A stretch of DNA of 64,000 nucleotides from an uncultured Bdellovibrionales bacterium. Lineage in GTDB: Bacteria > Patescibacteriota > Minisyncoccia > Moranbacterales > UBA2206. A program made the translations under genes and the position numbers. Positions 49,214-59,150 of this stretch are shown here, in pieces. The notes below the pieces were generated by a model. That model ran no database searches. It had not been told where the DNA came from and saw nothing but the letters and a program-made list of their open reading frames with translations. The stretch covers positions 4,871-68,870 of the forward strand of contig CAZWRY010000003.1 in assembly GCA_964636505.1 (NCBI GenBank). Reading direction: 5' to 3'. The number at the start of each line of letters is the position of its first letter. Positions within the stretch are counted from its first letter, which is position 1.

Positions 49214-49906
49214 ATGCCTAATCTTATTTTATCAGCCGATGATTTCGGCATAAACCAAAAAACCAACAATAATATTCTGGAGCTTATCCGGTTAAAAAAA
49301 ATTGACCGAGTAGCCATTTTGGTTGATGGCTTACTTAGTCAATCCGAAATAAATCAATTGGTAAATTCAGGAATCAAGCTGGATATTCATCTTAATCTGG
49401 ATAAATTAAGTAAAAAAAAGAATTCCGGAAAATTTAAAGAATGGGCCTTGGGTCGCATAATTTATTTTTTATACTTGTATTCCGTCGGGTCAATCGGCGC
49501 CGCTTCAGCTGAAGTTTCCTGGGAAGAACAGGTCTCAAAATTTGAGAAATTATTCAAACGAAAGCCGGACGGAGCCAACTCGCACCAACATATCCATTTT
49601 TTCCCCGTCTATTTTAAGGTTCTCCTGAAGATTTGTAAAAAACACCGGATTGGTTATTTGCGTTTTGGAAGAAACTGCTTGCGAAAAAATATTAATTTTG
49701 TCTGTTTTATTCTAAACACGCTAAGGCTGAAAAATTTGAAAATTTTTTCCCAATCGGGGATCGCAACTTCCGAACTGCTTGTTAGTCTGGATTGGATAGA
49801 CTCTGAGAAGATTGAAGTTTTTTTCCAAAGTTCAACTGAAGAAACAGTTGAGCTGGTCTGTCATCCGGAAAGAGAAAAAGAGTTTAAATTTTTAAAAAAA
49901 TTCTAG
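49214..49906 (+). CDS. YdjC/ChbG-family carbohydrate deacetylase-like protein
   Basis: N-terminus LILSADDFGINQKTNNNILEL matches the YdjC ADDFG start; a candidate extended -10 promoter sits upstream. Confidence 0.55.
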   Translation: MPNLILSADDFGINQKTNNNILELIRLKKIDRVAILVDGLLSQSEINQLVNSGIKLDIHLNLDKLSKKKNSGKFKEWALGRIIYFLYLYSVGSIGAASAEVSWEEQVSKFEKLFKRKPDGANSHQHIHFFPVYFKVLLKICKKHRIGYLRFGRNCLRKNINFVCFILNTLRLKNLKIFSQSGIATSELLVSLDWIDSEKIEVFFQSSTEETVELVCHPEREKEFKFLKKF

Positions 49907-50202
49907 TCTTCTTTGGTTTGATCCTCCTCGCCTAAAAATATTTTAGCCGCATAAACGGAGATTAAAACTAAAACCAGGGTTAAGATTATAGCATAAGCGA
50001 ATTTTGCCCAAAGATTGCCTTTTTCCAAAGGAAACAAATATTCAATAAGTTCCTTGATCGCATCATTCCAGGCCAAGCCAACTACCAAGCCCAAGCCGGC
50101 GGTAATAAAAGTAAAAATCTTCTTGTTTACCTCTCTCTGGATGGATCGTCCGTCCTTTTTTATTTTATTCAGACCGTTTTTTTTAAATATTTCCATAGAC
50201 AT
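49903..50202 (-). CDS. Small two-TM membrane protein (DUF-like)
   Basis: 99 aa: amphipathic N-terminus, TM (LGLVVGLAWNDAIKELI), second TM. Confidence 0.4.
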   Translation of the reverse strand: MSMEIFKKNGLNKIKKDGRSIQREVNKKIFTFITAGLGLVVGLAWNDAIKELIEYLFPLEKGNLWAKFAYAIILTLVLVLISVYAAKIFLGEEDQTKED

Positions 50203-50221
50203 TTAAAACAATAAATTTTTT

Positions 50222-50524
50222 TTATTTTTCTCCGTCCATTTCACGCAAAATATTTCGCATTGTCAAAACACCGGCTAAAAGTAAAACGGCAAAAAAAGCC
50301 CTGAAAACTATCGCTAAATAATAAGCCCACGCGCTGTTTCCGAATTCAAATAACCCTAAAATTTCTCCGGCAACAAAAGCAATCAAGGCTCCCAAAATAA
50401 ATTTATACGAGATATCCAGCTCTTTTTCCACCCGCCAAACTATCCCGAAAGCAAAAATGATTGAAATAAGCGTCAGGGCAATCACGAAACTGCTTGAAAT
50501 TATCTGAAAAAATTCGATTGTCAT
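50222..50524 (-). CDS. Small three-TM membrane protein
   Basis: 100 aa hydrophobic; its start overlaps the upstream gene stop (ATGA). Confidence 0.4.
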   Translation of the reverse strand: MTIEFFQIISSSFVIALTLISIIFAFGIVWRVEKELDISYKFILGALIAFVAGEILGLFEFGNSAWAYYLAIVFRAFFAVLLLAGVLTMRNILREMDGEK

Positions 50525-51927
50525 CTGCCCACCTCCTTTCTTTTTCCCAAAAAGCCTTCATTTTCAAAAATTTCCTCGGTAATTTGCACTTTGGCATTCT
50601 CTGAAAGATGATGTTCCAATATTAAAAGCAGAAGAAATATAAAAAACAAAGCCAAAAACAACAGAATCAACCAACCCAAACCGGACAAGATGCCTGTTAA
50701 TGTAATAATTATCCCCGAGCCGAAACAAAAGAGAGGTTTTTCTTTCAGATAAAATTCATCTTCGGAAAAAATATTGATATTTTTGTATGAAGTTTTCACT
50801 AAAACTTTATATTTTCCGGTTTTTAATAATTTTGATAAATCTATTTTTTTATAAATTTCTTGATTGCCAAAAATATTTACCGGATCGGAAAGTTCAATCA
50901 ATTTATTGCCGGCAGAATCCTTTATTTCATATTTCAAAAAACTCAATTGAGGATTAAATTCGGTTATTTGGGTAATAACACTTTTAAGCTCCAGGATTTC
51001 CCCGGCATAAACAGCCTTGTCCTGATTTTGCACTTCCATTTCAAAATCAAAAGGCAATCCTTTTAAAGGAGCTACTATTTCTTTTATTCCTTCTTCCGCT
51101 TCTTTTTTGCTTACTATATAGAAAATCGCCGAATCTGATTTATATCGGGAAGAGTCCTTGGGATCAATAGCTTTGACTTTTATTTCATATGTTCCCAAAG
51201 CTAAATTCAAGGGAGGCTGCCATTGCCAAAAACCATTTTTATTGGCTCTTACTTCAGCAAATATCCCAGTCTTTCCGATTATTTCAATTCTTATCTTGGC
51301 TTTCTCCATATTGGTGTGACCGGTGAAAACAGGTTTTTGATTTTCAATTTTAAAAACACCCGAAAAACTTTTAATCACTATTGAATCAATTGTTTCTATT
51401 TTACATGTTGGATTTTTTTTCTTTTCGTCATTCTCGTCTTCATCGTCTCCTTCATCGGCTGGGATCGGAATGACACACGCCTCAATTGTTTTTTCAGCTA
51501 AATCAGAACTGACTTCGGTTCCGTTGGTGCCCACGGCCACAACAACATATTGGTATGTTCCAGGCCACAAAGCTTCGTCGGCATATTCATTGTCCGTAAT
51601 CCCAATTTCCAGAAGCTCTCCATTTCTCATTATTTTGAAAGAATCCACCAGCGGATCCGGACTCCAAGAAAGATGGATATACGCATCAGCCCCATCACAA
51701 CCATCTGTGAGTTGAACCTCCGGCTTAGCCGGATCGCCGGCCACCAACACACTCACATTTACACCTTTTATTCGCCCGTATTTATCCTGGAAATCTCTTT
51801 TAAAAAAATTTTGGTCCAAAGAAAAACCAACCGCCAGATAGCTTGTTAAAAAAAATAAGGCCAAGGCTAAATTGGCTTTCAGCAGCCATTTTATCGGAAC
51901 TATCTTTTTTACTGATTTCCCAGACAT
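50521..51927 (-). CDS. Cell-surface protein with Fn3/Ig-like domains and C-terminal TM anchor
   Basis: Signal anchor, IHLSWSPDP Fn3-like segment, acidic linker, C-terminal hydrophobic segment. Confidence 0.5.
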   Translation of the reverse strand: MSGKSVKKIVPIKWLLKANLALALFFLTSYLAVGFSLDQNFFKRDFQDKYGRIKGVNVSVLVAGDPAKPEVQLTDGCDGADAYIHLSWSPDPLVDSFKIMRNGELLEIGITDNEYADEALWPGTYQYVVVAVGTNGTEVSSDLAEKTIEACVIPIPADEGDDEDENDEKKKNPTCKIETIDSIVIKSFSGVFKIENQKPVFTGHTNMEKAKIRIEIIGKTGIFAEVRANKNGFWQWQPPLNLALGTYEIKVKAIDPKDSSRYKSDSAIFYIVSKKEAEEGIKEIVAPLKGLPFDFEMEVQNQDKAVYAGEILELKSVITQITEFNPQLSFLKYEIKDSAGNKLIELSDPVNIFGNQEIYKKIDLSKLLKTGKYKVLVKTSYKNINIFSEDEFYLKEKPLFCFGSGIIITLTGILSGLGWLILLFLALFFIFLLLLILEHHLSENAKVQITEEIFENEGFLGKRKEVGR

Positions 51928-52060
51928 TTTATTTTTATTCTTTGTTTATTCAAAGCCCCTCTCTCTCCTGCCCTTTTTATTAATTTTATGATATCATAAA
52001 CAGTGTCTTTTTTCTATAAAAATGTGTTATTATAATAAGGTTCATTAAGAGAAATAATTT

Positions 52061-52564
52061 ATGCCAAAAAAAATATACAGCTTATTATTAGTCTGCCTGG
52101 GAATATTTTTTGTTTCCGGAAAAACTTTGGCGGTTTGTCCGGTTTGCACTGTTGCCGTTGGAGCCGGCGTAGGACTTTCCCGATGGCTGGGAATTGATGA
52201 TACAATCGCCGGAGTATGGATCGGAGGACTCACTATTTCCCTGATTCTTTGGACAATCAGCTGGCTTAATAAAAAAAATATCCGCTTCAAGGGCCGAAAT
52301 ATTATCCTTTTTCTGGTCTATTATTTGCTAATTGTTGTTCCTCTTTATTTTTCCGGAATCATCGGACATCCCTATAACACTTTATGGGGCTTGGATAAAT
52401 TAATTTTGGGAATAATAACCGGAAGCTTTTTCTTCTTTTTGGGAGCCTGGGGTTATGCTTTCGTCAAACAAAAAAGAGGCAAGGCCCTTTTCCCTTTTCA
52501 AAAAGTCGTTATGCCCGTTTCTCCACTGATAATCTTGAGTTTTATTTTTTATTTTTTAACTTAA
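52061..52564 (+). CDS. Four-TM membrane protein (hypothetical)
   Basis: Hydrophobic 167 aa ORF with an N-terminal CPVC pair. Confidence 0.45.
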   Translation: MPKKIYSLLLVCLGIFFVSGKTLAVCPVCTVAVGAGVGLSRWLGIDDTIAGVWIGGLTISLILWTISWLNKKNIRFKGRNIILFLVYYLLIVVPLYFSGIIGHPYNTLWGLDKLILGIITGSFFFFLGAWGYAFVKQKRGKALFPFQKVVMPVSPLIILSFIFYFLT

Positions 52565-52671
52565 GTTCGTTAAATAATCCCTTTTAAATAAATTAGGATT
52601 TTTTATTTAATTAATAAAAAATTAGTTAAACAAATTATTATCCAAAATCTATTTAATAGGGCAAGTGACAT

Positions 52672-53205
52672 ATGGAAAACAGAGACTTTAAAAAAATAAA
52701 TGAGTTTATAGACAAAGTTGATTCAATGAAAAAAGAAAATAAATTAGATCTCTCTTCTGATCAGGACTTGTCCATCGCTATTATGAATCTGGTCAGCATT
52801 GAAGAACATTTCTTTTTTACCGGAGCTAAGTTAAATAAGCCTGAATATTACGATCTCATCAAGGATGTTCGGGAGATGCGCAAAGAATTGCTCAAAAAAA
52901 TAATCAAAGAATACGAAGGCGAGGTTTGGTGTATTTCCAAACATCTTTTAGCGGCCTCCATGCGCCTTATGGAAGTGGGAACCAAACAACTGGGAATAGG
53001 TAAAAAAGAAGAGGCCTATGATTTATTCAATAAAGCTTACAATCTTTATTCTCTTTTTTGGGGCATAAACATGAAACTTATCAAAACCGATGATATCAAA
53101 AAAATAGATGAACAGGCTCTCAATAAGCACGACCAGGAGAAAAAAGGCTTCATGGGAAAACTGGGCGAACTGGTTAAAAAGGCGATTGATTGCTGTATTG
53201 AATAA
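52672..53205 (+). CDS. Hypothetical cytoplasmic protein
   Basis: 177 aa charged helical ORF followed by a strong terminator. Confidence 0.5.
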   Translation: MENRDFKKINEFIDKVDSMKKENKLDLSSDQDLSIAIMNLVSIEEHFFFTGAKLNKPEYYDLIKDVREMRKELLKKIIKEYEGEVWCISKHLLAASMRLMEVGTKQLGIGKKEEAYDLFNKAYNLYSLFWGINMKLIKTDDIKKIDEQALNKHDQEKKGFMGKLGELVKKAIDCCIE

Positions 53206-53214
53206 AAAATTCTA

Positions 53215-53252
53215 AGGAAAAACGCTGCCGGTAACCTGACAGCGTTTTTTTA
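53215..53252. terminator. Rho-independent terminator
   Basis: aaaaacgctg-ccggtaacctga-cagcgttttttt. Confidence 0.75.
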
Positions 53253-53555
53253 GTTTTTCCAGTTAAGTATTTTTTCTTCCAATGCCTTAACTTTATCCAC
53301 AGATTTGTCAAAATTTTCCCAATCTCCTTTATCCAAGCAATCTTTTTGAAAAGCGATAAGACATTCAAGTTCTTTTAGGAGTTGGAATTTTGACATAATT
53401 TAGTTGAAAAATAATAAATTAACAAATAAAAAAATACCTTTCTGGAAAGTATGTTTTTTTATTGGAGGTTAACCAGCCCGAGAGTTTCTGTTTTATCTGA
53501 CCACATAGTAAGTATACACTAATTTTTTGCTTTTGTCAAAAACGAAAATAAAAAA

Positions 53556-54818
53556 TTATTTCTTGCTTGCGTAAGTTCCGGCTGCATAGCCCGTACTCCA
53601 GCAAATTTGCAAGTTATAGCCTCCGGTCGGCCCGTCTAAATCCAAGATTTCACCGGCAAAAAATAAATTGGAAACAATTCTGGATTGCATGGTTTTGGAA
53701 TCAACTTCCCGCGTATCAATCCCTCCACTGGTTATGATCGCCTGTTTAAAATCGGCGACTCTCACCGCTGTCACGCTTAATTTTTTTAGTAAGTGCAACA
53801 TTTTTTTTCTTTCTGTTTGAGTTATGAAATGCATTTTTTTCTTCGCTTCAATGCCTGAAAGATCAATAAAGTTTTCAATCATTTTTTGCGGTAAAAGACT
53901 GCCTAAATAGTTTTTAAAATCTTTTTTGCTATTTTCTTTGAAGTCTTTTTGAAGACGCTGATCCAATTCCTTAAAATCAAGAGCTGGTTTTAAGTCAATT
54001 TCAATTCGCACTTCGCTTTTTTTCAAAAGTTCATCCACTTTTTTGCTGATATCCAAAATAATCGGGCCGCTGAGACCAAAATGCGTAAAAAGCATTTCTC
54101 CAAAACGCTCATCTTGCTTTTTATTGTTCTGAAAAACACTTATCCTCACGTTTTTTAGGCTCAGGCCTTGCCAATTCTTGACCCAAATTTCTTTCGTCTT
54201 AATTGGTGCCAAAGCCGGTCTGGGTTCAATAATCGTATGTCCCATTTTTTTGGCAAAAACATATCCCTCTCCGCTTGATCCGGTCGCCGGATAACTTTTC
54301 CCGCCAGTACACAAAATAAATTTATCCGCATATATTTTTTCTGTTTTGCCCGCATTCGTTACTTTTACAAATTGTATTTTCTCTTTTTCCATTTCAAAAC
54401 CTTTAACCTGATTCCCCAGAAATATTTTAACTTTTTTTTCTTTTAAAAATCCCATCAATTTATTCAGCACATCTTGCGCCTTGTCAGACACGGGAAAAAC
54501 TCGTCCGCCCCTTTCTATCTTTGTCGGCATATCTCTTGCTTCAAAAAATTCAATTATTTCTTTCGGACCAAAAGACGCAAGAGATGAAAATAAAAATTTA
54601 CCCTTCTTCCCGAGCTCCGCAATAAATTTCCGCTCATCAAATTCGGCTTGAGTGATATTACAGCGACCTTTGCCAGTAATAAGGATCTTCTTGCCCAAAT
54701 TTTTATTTTTTTCCAGCAAAACAACCCGAGCTCCTTGCTCAGCTGCGCGTCCGGCTGCCATCATTCCTGCCGGTCCGCCTCCAATTATTGCAATATCAAA
54801 TTTTTGATAAGTTCCCAT
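53556..54818 (-). CDS. HI0933/BaiN-family FAD-dependent flavoprotein
   Basis: DIAIIGGGPAGMMAAG Rossmann motif; C-terminal GEILDLDGPTGGYNLQICWSTGYAAG. Confidence 0.8.
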   Translation of the reverse strand: MGTYQKFDIAIIGGGPAGMMAAGRAAEQGARVVLLEKNKNLGKKILITGKGRCNITQAEFDERKFIAELGKKGKFLFSSLASFGPKEIIEFFEARDMPTKIERGGRVFPVSDKAQDVLNKLMGFLKEKKVKIFLGNQVKGFEMEKEKIQFVKVTNAGKTEKIYADKFILCTGGKSYPATGSSGEGYVFAKKMGHTIIEPRPALAPIKTKEIWVKNWQGLSLKNVRISVFQNNKKQDERFGEMLFTHFGLSGPIILDISKKVDELLKKSEVRIEIDLKPALDFKELDQRLQKDFKENSKKDFKNYLGSLLPQKMIENFIDLSGIEAKKKMHFITQTERKKMLHLLKKLSVTAVRVADFKQAIITSGGIDTREVDSKTMQSRIVSNLFFAGEILDLDGPTGGYNLQICWSTGYAAGTYASKK

Positions 54819-54895
54819 AAATTATTTTCTGTTTTTAGTTTAGCATAAAATCCAATAAAAAAAGCAACTGATAAACAAGCTGCTTTTTGAAAGTT

Positions 54896-56677
54896 TTATT
54901 GCCGATTAGCCCTTCTTCTGTCTATTTCGGTCAAAAATTGTTTTCTGAGACGAACACTTTGAGGCGTAACTTCCAGAAATTCATCTTCTGCCATAATTTC
55001 CAAGCCTCTTTCAATTGACAATTTTAGAGGTGGGACAAGTTGGATGGCCTCGTCAGCACCAGAAGCACGCATATTGGAAAGCTGTTTACCTTTAATTGGA
55101 TTAACTGTCATATCTAAACCTTTGGATGAGTTTCCAATGACCATACCTTCGTAAACCTCAGTACCTGGATCAATATATAAGACTCCCCGATCCTGTAAAT
55201 TCCAAAGTGAAAATCCCAAGGCCTTACCTGTCACACAGGAAATCATCGAACCAACATCACGTTTCTTAATTTCTCCAACGTGAGGTCTGTAACCAATAAC
55301 TCTTGAACAAAGAATCCCTTCTCCGCGGGTATCAATAATAAAATCGCTACGATATCCGAGTAGTCCGCGTGTTGGAACCTCAAAAAGCATTCTGATCTGC
55401 GAACCTATTTTTTTCATATCCGTCATAATGCCCTTTCTTTTACCAATTTTTTCAATAACTGTACCTGAATACATTTCAGGCACATCAACTGTCGCCTCTT
55501 CAAAGGGCTCTTGTTTTTTCCCATCTATTTCTTTTACAATAACCTGGGGTTGAGAAACCTGAATTTCATATCCTTCGCGTCGCATATTTTCCATTAGAAT
55601 TGCCACATGTAATTCCCCTCTTCCATAAACTTTGTACGAATCGGCAAAGAAATCAATTTTGAGTCCCACATTGACCTCCAATTCTTTTTCCAAACGTTCA
55701 CGAATTTGTTTATTGGTCACAAATTTTCCTTCGCGTCCAGCAAAAGGAGAATTATTAACCATAAAACTAAGGGAAATAGTTGGTTCATCCACCAAGATAG
55801 CCGGCAAAGCTTCCTGCTCAGCGTTTTCACAGAGCGTTTCACCAATATCAATTGTTGGAAAACCAGAAATCATTACAATATCACCAGCGTAAGCTTCTTG
55901 GACCTCTTCTCTTTGCAAGCCCTTGAAAGTAAAAAGTTTGGTTACTCGGCCCGCTTCAATCTTTCCATCCATTTTTTTAAGAATAAGATTGCTTCCAGTT
56001 TTCACTGTACCTTCATAAATTCTACCTACAGCCAAGCGCCCCAAAAAATTATCGTAACCCAAATTAAAAGGTTGAAAGCGGAAAGGGGCATCTATTTTGG
56101 CAGCAGCTAGTTTCACTTTTAAAAGAATGGTATCCAATAGTGGTGATAAATCATTAGATTCATCATCTAAGTGATTTTTGGCAATGCCTTGTTTGCCAAT
56201 GGCATAAACAGTAGTAAAATCAAGCTGCTCGTCCGTAGCTCCCAGATCCAGAAAAAGTTCAAAGACCTGTTCTTGAGCCAAATCTGGATTGGCCGCTGGC
56301 TTGTCGATTTTATTAATCACAACAATTGGCTTTAGGCCAAGTTCCAAGGATTTTTTGAGTACAAATCGAGTCTGTGGCATTGGACCCTCCTGAGCGTCCA
56401 CAACTAAAAGCACGCTATCAATTGACCTGAGAACACGTTCCACTTCTGAACCAAAATCGGCATGCCCTGGAGTATCCACAATATTAATTTTTGTGCCACG
56501 ATAAAAAACGGAGGCATTTTTGGAATAAATGGTTATCCCTCGCTCCTTTTCCAAAGCATTTGAATCCATACTCATGTTTTCATCTGATGTCATCCCTGTT
56601 TGTTTCATAATGGCATCCGTAAGAGTCGTCTTTCCATGGTCAACATGAGCGATAATGGCAATATTTCTTATTTCCAT
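54896..56677 (-). CDS. typA: Translational GTPase BipA/TypA
   Basis: [28 protein letters not shown]; EF-G-like domain order. Confidence 0.9.
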   Translation of the reverse strand: MEIRNIAIIAHVDHGKTTLTDAIMKQTGMTSDENMSMDSNALEKERGITIYSKNASVFYRGTKINIVDTPGHADFGSEVERVLRSIDSVLLVVDAQEGPMPQTRFVLKKSLELGLKPIVVINKIDKPAANPDLAQEQVFELFLDLGATDEQLDFTTVYAIGKQGIAKNHLDDESNDLSPLLDTILLKVKLAAAKIDAPFRFQPFNLGYDNFLGRLAVGRIYEGTVKTGSNLILKKMDGKIEAGRVTKLFTFKGLQREEVQEAYAGDIVMISGFPTIDIGETLCENAEQEALPAILVDEPTISLSFMVNNSPFAGREGKFVTNKQIRERLEKELEVNVGLKIDFFADSYKVYGRGELHVAILMENMRREGYEIQVSQPQVIVKEIDGKKQEPFEEATVDVPEMYSGTVIEKIGKRKGIMTDMKKIGSQIRMLFEVPTRGLLGYRSDFIIDTRGEGILCSRVIGYRPHVGEIKKRDVGSMISCVTGKALGFSLWNLQDRGVLYIDPGTEVYEGMVIGNSSKGLDMTVNPIKGKQLSNMRASGADEAIQLVPPLKLSIERGLEIMAEDEFLEVTPQSVRLRKQFLTEIDRRRANRQ

Positions 56678-56790
56678 AAAAATTTACTTTAATAAAAACA
56701 AAAACCGCCGAGAAGCAGTTTAACAAACTGTTAGTTTTTTGATACTAACACAGGAAAAACAAAAAAGCAAGATTGAACTTTTAAAATTTT

Positions 56791-57408
56791 CTACAGCAAT
56801 TGGCTTGTTTTTTTATAATACAAATCAACATCTTCAATCCATTTAGCTACGCTTTCCGGATCATGCGTTTCACATGTATTCCCACATTTCCAAATTGCCA
56901 TTTCAGAAGGAGTTTTGATGTTTTGATCCAAAAGTTCGCGAATTCTTCCGCCCACCACATTCACGGCCTGCTCGCGATTTCTAAAGCAACTATACCCGGA
57001 ATCGGTCTGGTTATAACTGCCTCTGTATCCCCAATAATTAAAGCACTCTCTGCCATTTTTTTCTGGATGATAAATTCCCCAATTGCTTTCTTTTTTAGCA
57101 ATAGCCACAAGATAGGCAGCTACATTTTTGTCTTTTTGAACAATAAAGGGAATCATCGTTTCAATAGGATGATTGGCTACCATGCGACTTACTTTTTTTT
57201 CAAAATCGGATTTAATTTTAATTTCCATTTGCAGCGTTTCTTGAATTTGTTTTCCAATTCCGAAAAGAAAAGCACTAAAAGTCAAAGAAAAAATAATTAA
57301 AAAAGCCAAAAAAACATCTTCAATATGAGGTTTCTCAATTTTTACTCTTTTTATTCTTTTGACTATCGTCCCTCTCCAAAAATTCAATTGTTTTTTGATT
57401 TTTTCCAT
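56791..57408 (-). CDS. Membrane-anchored GH73-like protein, paralog 3 of 3
   Basis: AAYLVAIAKKESNWG...ECFNYWGYRGSYNQTDSGYSCF...WKCGNTC; 60-80 percent identical to paralog 1 in the domain. Confidence 0.5.
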   Translation of the reverse strand: MEKIKKQLNFWRGTIVKRIKRVKIEKPHIEDVFLAFLIIFSLTFSAFLFGIGKQIQETLQMEIKIKSDFEKKVSRMVANHPIETMIPFIVQKDKNVAAYLVAIAKKESNWGIYHPEKNGRECFNYWGYRGSYNQTDSGYSCFRNREQAVNVVGGRIRELLDQNIKTPSEMAIWKCGNTCETHDPESVAKWIEDVDLYYKKTSQLL

Positions 57409-57513
57409 TTTTACCTTAAATAAAACAAAAAACGGGCTAGCACCCGCTCTTTTTACATCTCTGCCTATGTATTATAGCATATTTAAGCCAAAAAATCAAG
57501 CTTTTTAAATAAA

Positions 57514-58677
57514 TTATTTTTCCAAAAGAATTTTGTTAATCATATCTTCGTCTTGGCAAGAATATTTATTGTCCGGAGAATAATATCTTTTTTTTGGTCC
57601 ATAGCAGCCGCCATTTTCTTTGTCCAATACTCCAAACATCGGCATTAAAAAACCCATATCACGACCCGTGAAATATTTATAGACATTTTTTAATGTTTTG
57701 GCGCGAGTGTCCTTATCCATTCTGGCAAAAATATCCAGATCATCCGTTTTAATTCCGGTCCAATCCAAATGTAATAAAACATTTTTAGCGTTTTTAGAAT
57801 ATGTTTCATCCCAAAGAAGCGCCCAGCACCCTCCCCAGCGATCCAAACAGGGGCCCGTTGGAAGGTTGCCATCTTCATCAATTCCTATTCCGCCCTCAAT
57901 GTAGTCAAACATTGAAATAAATTCTGGGTCATTCATTGTCCCCGTTTGTGCTCCGATAATAATATCAATGCCCTTCTTTTTAGCATATTTTCTCATATCC
58001 TTGATAACATCGGAAATGCGGTGTGCTCCATTGCCTCTTTGCATATAAATCTGACCGAAAGTAAAGCTTTGGATTCCCAAATCCATTGCGCGACGAGTAA
58101 CATATTCAAGATAGCCACGATATTCGCTGCTACCGAAATCAGCTTTACAGGAACGCTCCCCCCAAACATTCTGGCTTCCTTCTTGACACATCTTACCAAA
58201 ATCAAAATAGCGCTGTTCTTCTTCGTTCCAATATTTTGCATTTTCTTTAAGCGCCTCGGCCAAAAACATTCCATAAACTACATTTTTTAGAGTTATTCTG
58301 TCCATTACATATCCGATAGTTTCAAAATCCGGAGGCATCATCCAAGTTTCTACCGCTCGATGCAAATAATAACACTCGGAACGATTAATAAGCTTGATAT
58401 AATCCTCTCGATCCGGATTATACTCGGAGAGTAAGCCATCAGCTACACAGCCTTGCCGTTTTAATTTGCTCATGGAAACCGGCTGCGGTTTTGGTTTTTC
58501 TATTTTACTGAAAGACAAGAGACGTTTTTCCCTCCTTTCAATCTTTGCAAATTCAATTGCCTTTGGAGTATAGTATTTTTTTTCAATCCAAAGAAGAAAA
58601 ACTACCAAAAAAGACAATCCGATTATTATTAGGAAGGCAATTGAGGTTCTGATTTTTTTTTGAAAATCAATTTTCAT
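57514..58677 (-). CDS. Membrane-anchored hypothetical protein, possibly a TIM-barrel hydrolase
   Basis: N-terminal TM; about 350 aa extracytoplasmic domain with several Cys; no confident family. Confidence 0.45.
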   Translation of the reverse strand: MKIDFQKKIRTSIAFLIIIGLSFLVVFLLWIEKKYYTPKAIEFAKIERREKRLLSFSKIEKPKPQPVSMSKLKRQGCVADGLLSEYNPDREDYIKLINRSECYYLHRAVETWMMPPDFETIGYVMDRITLKNVVYGMFLAEALKENAKYWNEEEQRYFDFGKMCQEGSQNVWGERSCKADFGSSEYRGYLEYVTRRAMDLGIQSFTFGQIYMQRGNGAHRISDVIKDMRKYAKKKGIDIIIGAQTGTMNDPEFISMFDYIEGGIGIDEDGNLPTGPCLDRWGGCWALLWDETYSKNAKNVLLHLDWTGIKTDDLDIFARMDKDTRAKTLKNVYKYFTGRDMGFLMPMFGVLDKENGGCYGPKKRYYSPDNKYSCQDEDMINKILLEK

Positions 58678-58721
58678 CTTTTAGTTTCTTTAGCATATTT
58701 CATTATATTACAAAAAAACAA

Positions 58722-58765
58722 AAAAATCCAGATAAAAAAACAACCCCGATTCCTCGGGATTGTTT
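58722..58765 (-). terminator. Rho-independent terminator after cspA
   Basis: aacaaccccga-ttcc-tcggggattgtt hairpin with U-tracts on both strands. Confidence 0.6.
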
Positions 58766-58778
58766 TGTTTTTTCAGGA

Positions 58779-58979
58779 TTATATTCTGGATACTTTGATT
58801 GCATTTGGTCCTTTTGGGCTTTCGCCGACTTCAAATTCAACCGCATCTCCTTCTCTCAAATCATTAAATTGCACTCCTTGCAATTCCTTGGAATGAAAGA
58901 AAAGATCCTTGTCGCCGCCTTCCGGGGTAATGAAACCAAAACCACGATCAGTCAGCTTTTTGATTGTTCCTTTTGCCAT
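58779..58979 (-). CDS. cspA: Cold-shock protein (CSD)
   Basis: GTIKKLTDRGFGFITPEGGDKDLFFH with RNP1/RNP2 motifs. Confidence 0.9.
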   Translation of the reverse strand: MAKGTIKKLTDRGFGFITPEGGDKDLFFHSKELQGVQFNDLREGDAVEFEVGESPKGPNAIKVSRI

Positions 58980-59150
58980 TTTTATAGTAAAAGATTAGTT
59001 AAATGCGCACTTGAGGTTTATGACCCGCAGGGTCATTATGCAAGAAAAGTTCGACTACACTACTTTTGCATGCCACTGTGACACCTTGTAATGATAGCAT
59101 ATCTAAGGCCTAAAGTCAATGTTTTTACTGTTTAAGCCTAAATTTAAAAA
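58980..59150 (-). promoter_or_regulatory. Long structured 5' UTR/promoter region of cspA
   Basis: About 170 nt non-coding stretch upstream of cspA containing the palindrome atgaccc-gca-gggtcat; long structured leaders are typical of csp genes. Confidence 0.35.

Noticed and set aside
53174-53368. Minus-strand 64 aa ORF
   Set aside because: Reads through a strong bidirectional terminator; a different-frame 49-codon ORF fits the architecture better.
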